Part shown: positions 62,450 through 64,000 of the stretch, one piece after another
Layout of the letters: each line of letters opens with the position of its first letter
Numbering within the stretch: position 1 is the first letter of the stretch
Assembly (NCBI RefSeq): GCF_037042905.1
Contig: NC_087262.1
Coordinates: forward strand, 10,664,001-10,728,000
Reading direction: 5' to 3'
DNA from: Lytechinus pictus
Lineage: Eukaryota
DNA length: 64,000 bases
Made by a program: the position numbers and the translations under genes
Notes under the pieces: generated by a model
The model's input: only the letters and a program-made list of their open reading frames with translations
Told to the model about the DNA's origin: nothing
Database searches by the model: none

Positions 62450-64000
62450 TGGATACAAATCGGAGTTTAGTAACTCCAACCCCAATGCAGCGTTGGTGAA
62501 TCTGGACTTTGTTGATATAGTCCTAGATTCTAAATTGGAAAAGCTGAAAAGCGAATATTTTTATTATCTGAAGAATCCAGCATGCAGCTCGACGCTGCAG
62601 TGAATGGTGCTAAGACAACCTCTAAAACATTTAAGAAAAAGGCTGTCAGCGCCAATTCGATCTCAACGAAGATGGATGTGGAAATATCGAAGAAATCCCC
62701 AAATTTATCGATAACGGAAAGTTCCAGCGTTCTCAGAGAAGCGGAGATGCACTTCAGGGAGGAAACAAACCATAAGATTGGAAAGATAAGTATCGAAAAT
62801 ACTTGTTTATCATTTGGAAAAGATTACGAGACTAAATCTTCCATGTTGAATTTAGAATCTGTCGGGGCTTTAGGCCTTTTGAAACGATGTAAATTACTGG
62901 TATGATAATTTTAATCCACCGACATTTTGTGAAAGACATCTGAAATCATGGTTATGTTATCCGTTCAATTAACATGATTAAGACCCTGACACCTAGGGCA
63001 TATTTAAAAAATAACAGATCTAGCCTAAATCATTCAGATTTCGTTGTAAAAGCTATCGAAAAGCTCCTAGAAACGGAAAATATAAAGGAGCATTTTTCTC
63101 CACCACTGATGTTGTTAATCCGTTAACGGTATCGGAAGGAAAGAAACTTCGACTTGTGTTAGACTTAAGACACGTAACCAATTCACACATAAGTTCAAAT
63201 AAGAGGAACTTCGAATTTTGGCGGACATGTTTTCACGTGATTTCTTTTTCTTCACTTTCGATTTGGAATCCGGTTATTACCATACTGAACCACATCAGAT
63301 GTAAATATTCTTAGGTTTTAGATGGGAATTTGGGGAGTTTGGCACCCGTTACTTTGCATTTTCTGTTTTACCATTCAAAAGGTCTCAATACAGCTAGTCA
63401 TTGTTTCACGAAAATGCTGAGGCCATTAGTCACAAGATGGCGTTCTATGGGCCATAGCGCAATTCTTTATATCGACACGGAATTTCAAGTCATTCCGATA
63501 GGTATCTGCTCTCGCTGCAAGTCAGAAAAGATTTTGGCTTGTCAGGACTTAAAGTCAGCTAGCGAGTCTAAAAGCCTTTTTACTCCCCCAACAATCGGGT
63601 CAATGGTTAGGCTTGCTGATTTATACAGTTTCTATGCAATTTTCCCTACCAGAGAAAAGATACAGAAAACACAAGATTCCATCAGTCATCTTTTGACTGC
63701 CCCCACCCAATTTGTCTCTGTTCGAGAAATTGCACGCACTGCTGGTTTAATCATTTTAGAATTCGAAGCCATTAATTGGGTCCCTCGCCAGGCTTTTCTC
63801 AATACACATGTGCATGACTGTGGAGTCACGTGATTCCTGGTCAGGTGGAGTTTTGTTGTCCGCAGGTACTAAGGTCGAACTTTAATTTTGGCACAACTTG
63901 GTTTCCGTCAATGCTACTTCAGCAGTATAATTAGTCGCTAGCGGTTCGGGTTACGGGGGCTTTTTCAGTAAAATTCAACGATTCACTCTTTTCTATAGTC
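62450..64000 (+). mobile_element. Degenerate DIRS/Ngaro-like (tyrosine-recombinase) retrotransposon RT/RNase H remnant
   Basis: Fragments across frameshifts: KNNRSSLNHSDFVVKAIEKLL, VVNPLTVSEGKKLRLVLDLRHV, FTFDLESGYYH, FLGFRW, FSVLPF/GLNTASHCFTKMLRPLVTRWR...LYID, ASGSGYGG. Runs off the window; left boundary approximate. Confidence 0.8.

Overview
AT-rich, intron-containing animal DNA with six N gaps. The repeat landscape and gene content suggest a marine invertebrate, probably a sea urchin (inference). By reading splice sites I reconstructed four intact 5-exon sigma-class glutathione S-transferase genes that the ORF track largely misses. Two lie on the - strand (1563-9984, 17701-22575) and two on the + strand (27223-32258, 38098-42441); the middle pair is head-to-head, and all share intron phases 1-1-0-0. 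Next to them is a recent ~7-9 kb tandem duplication carrying two ~98%-identical class-I glutamine-synthetase-like (lengsin-like) genes with intronless CDS (46126-47466, 55706-57052, - strand). These keep the metal/ATP/glutamate residues but lack the ammonium-site residues, the signature of gamma-glutamyl-amine ligases. The best candidate novel system is a conjugation/detoxification cluster combining G-site-diverged GSTs and gamma-glutamylating ligases; the functional link is a hypothesis. The rest is dense in transposon material: a 5'-truncated LINE, tRNA-derived SINEs, a 3.3-kb foldback element, many MITEs with visible target-site duplications (including nested ones), a 30-bp minisatellite, and Gypsy and DIRS-like relics at the right end. 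All coordinates were counted by hand; TE family names are inferred from termini and TSD length, not from database searches.
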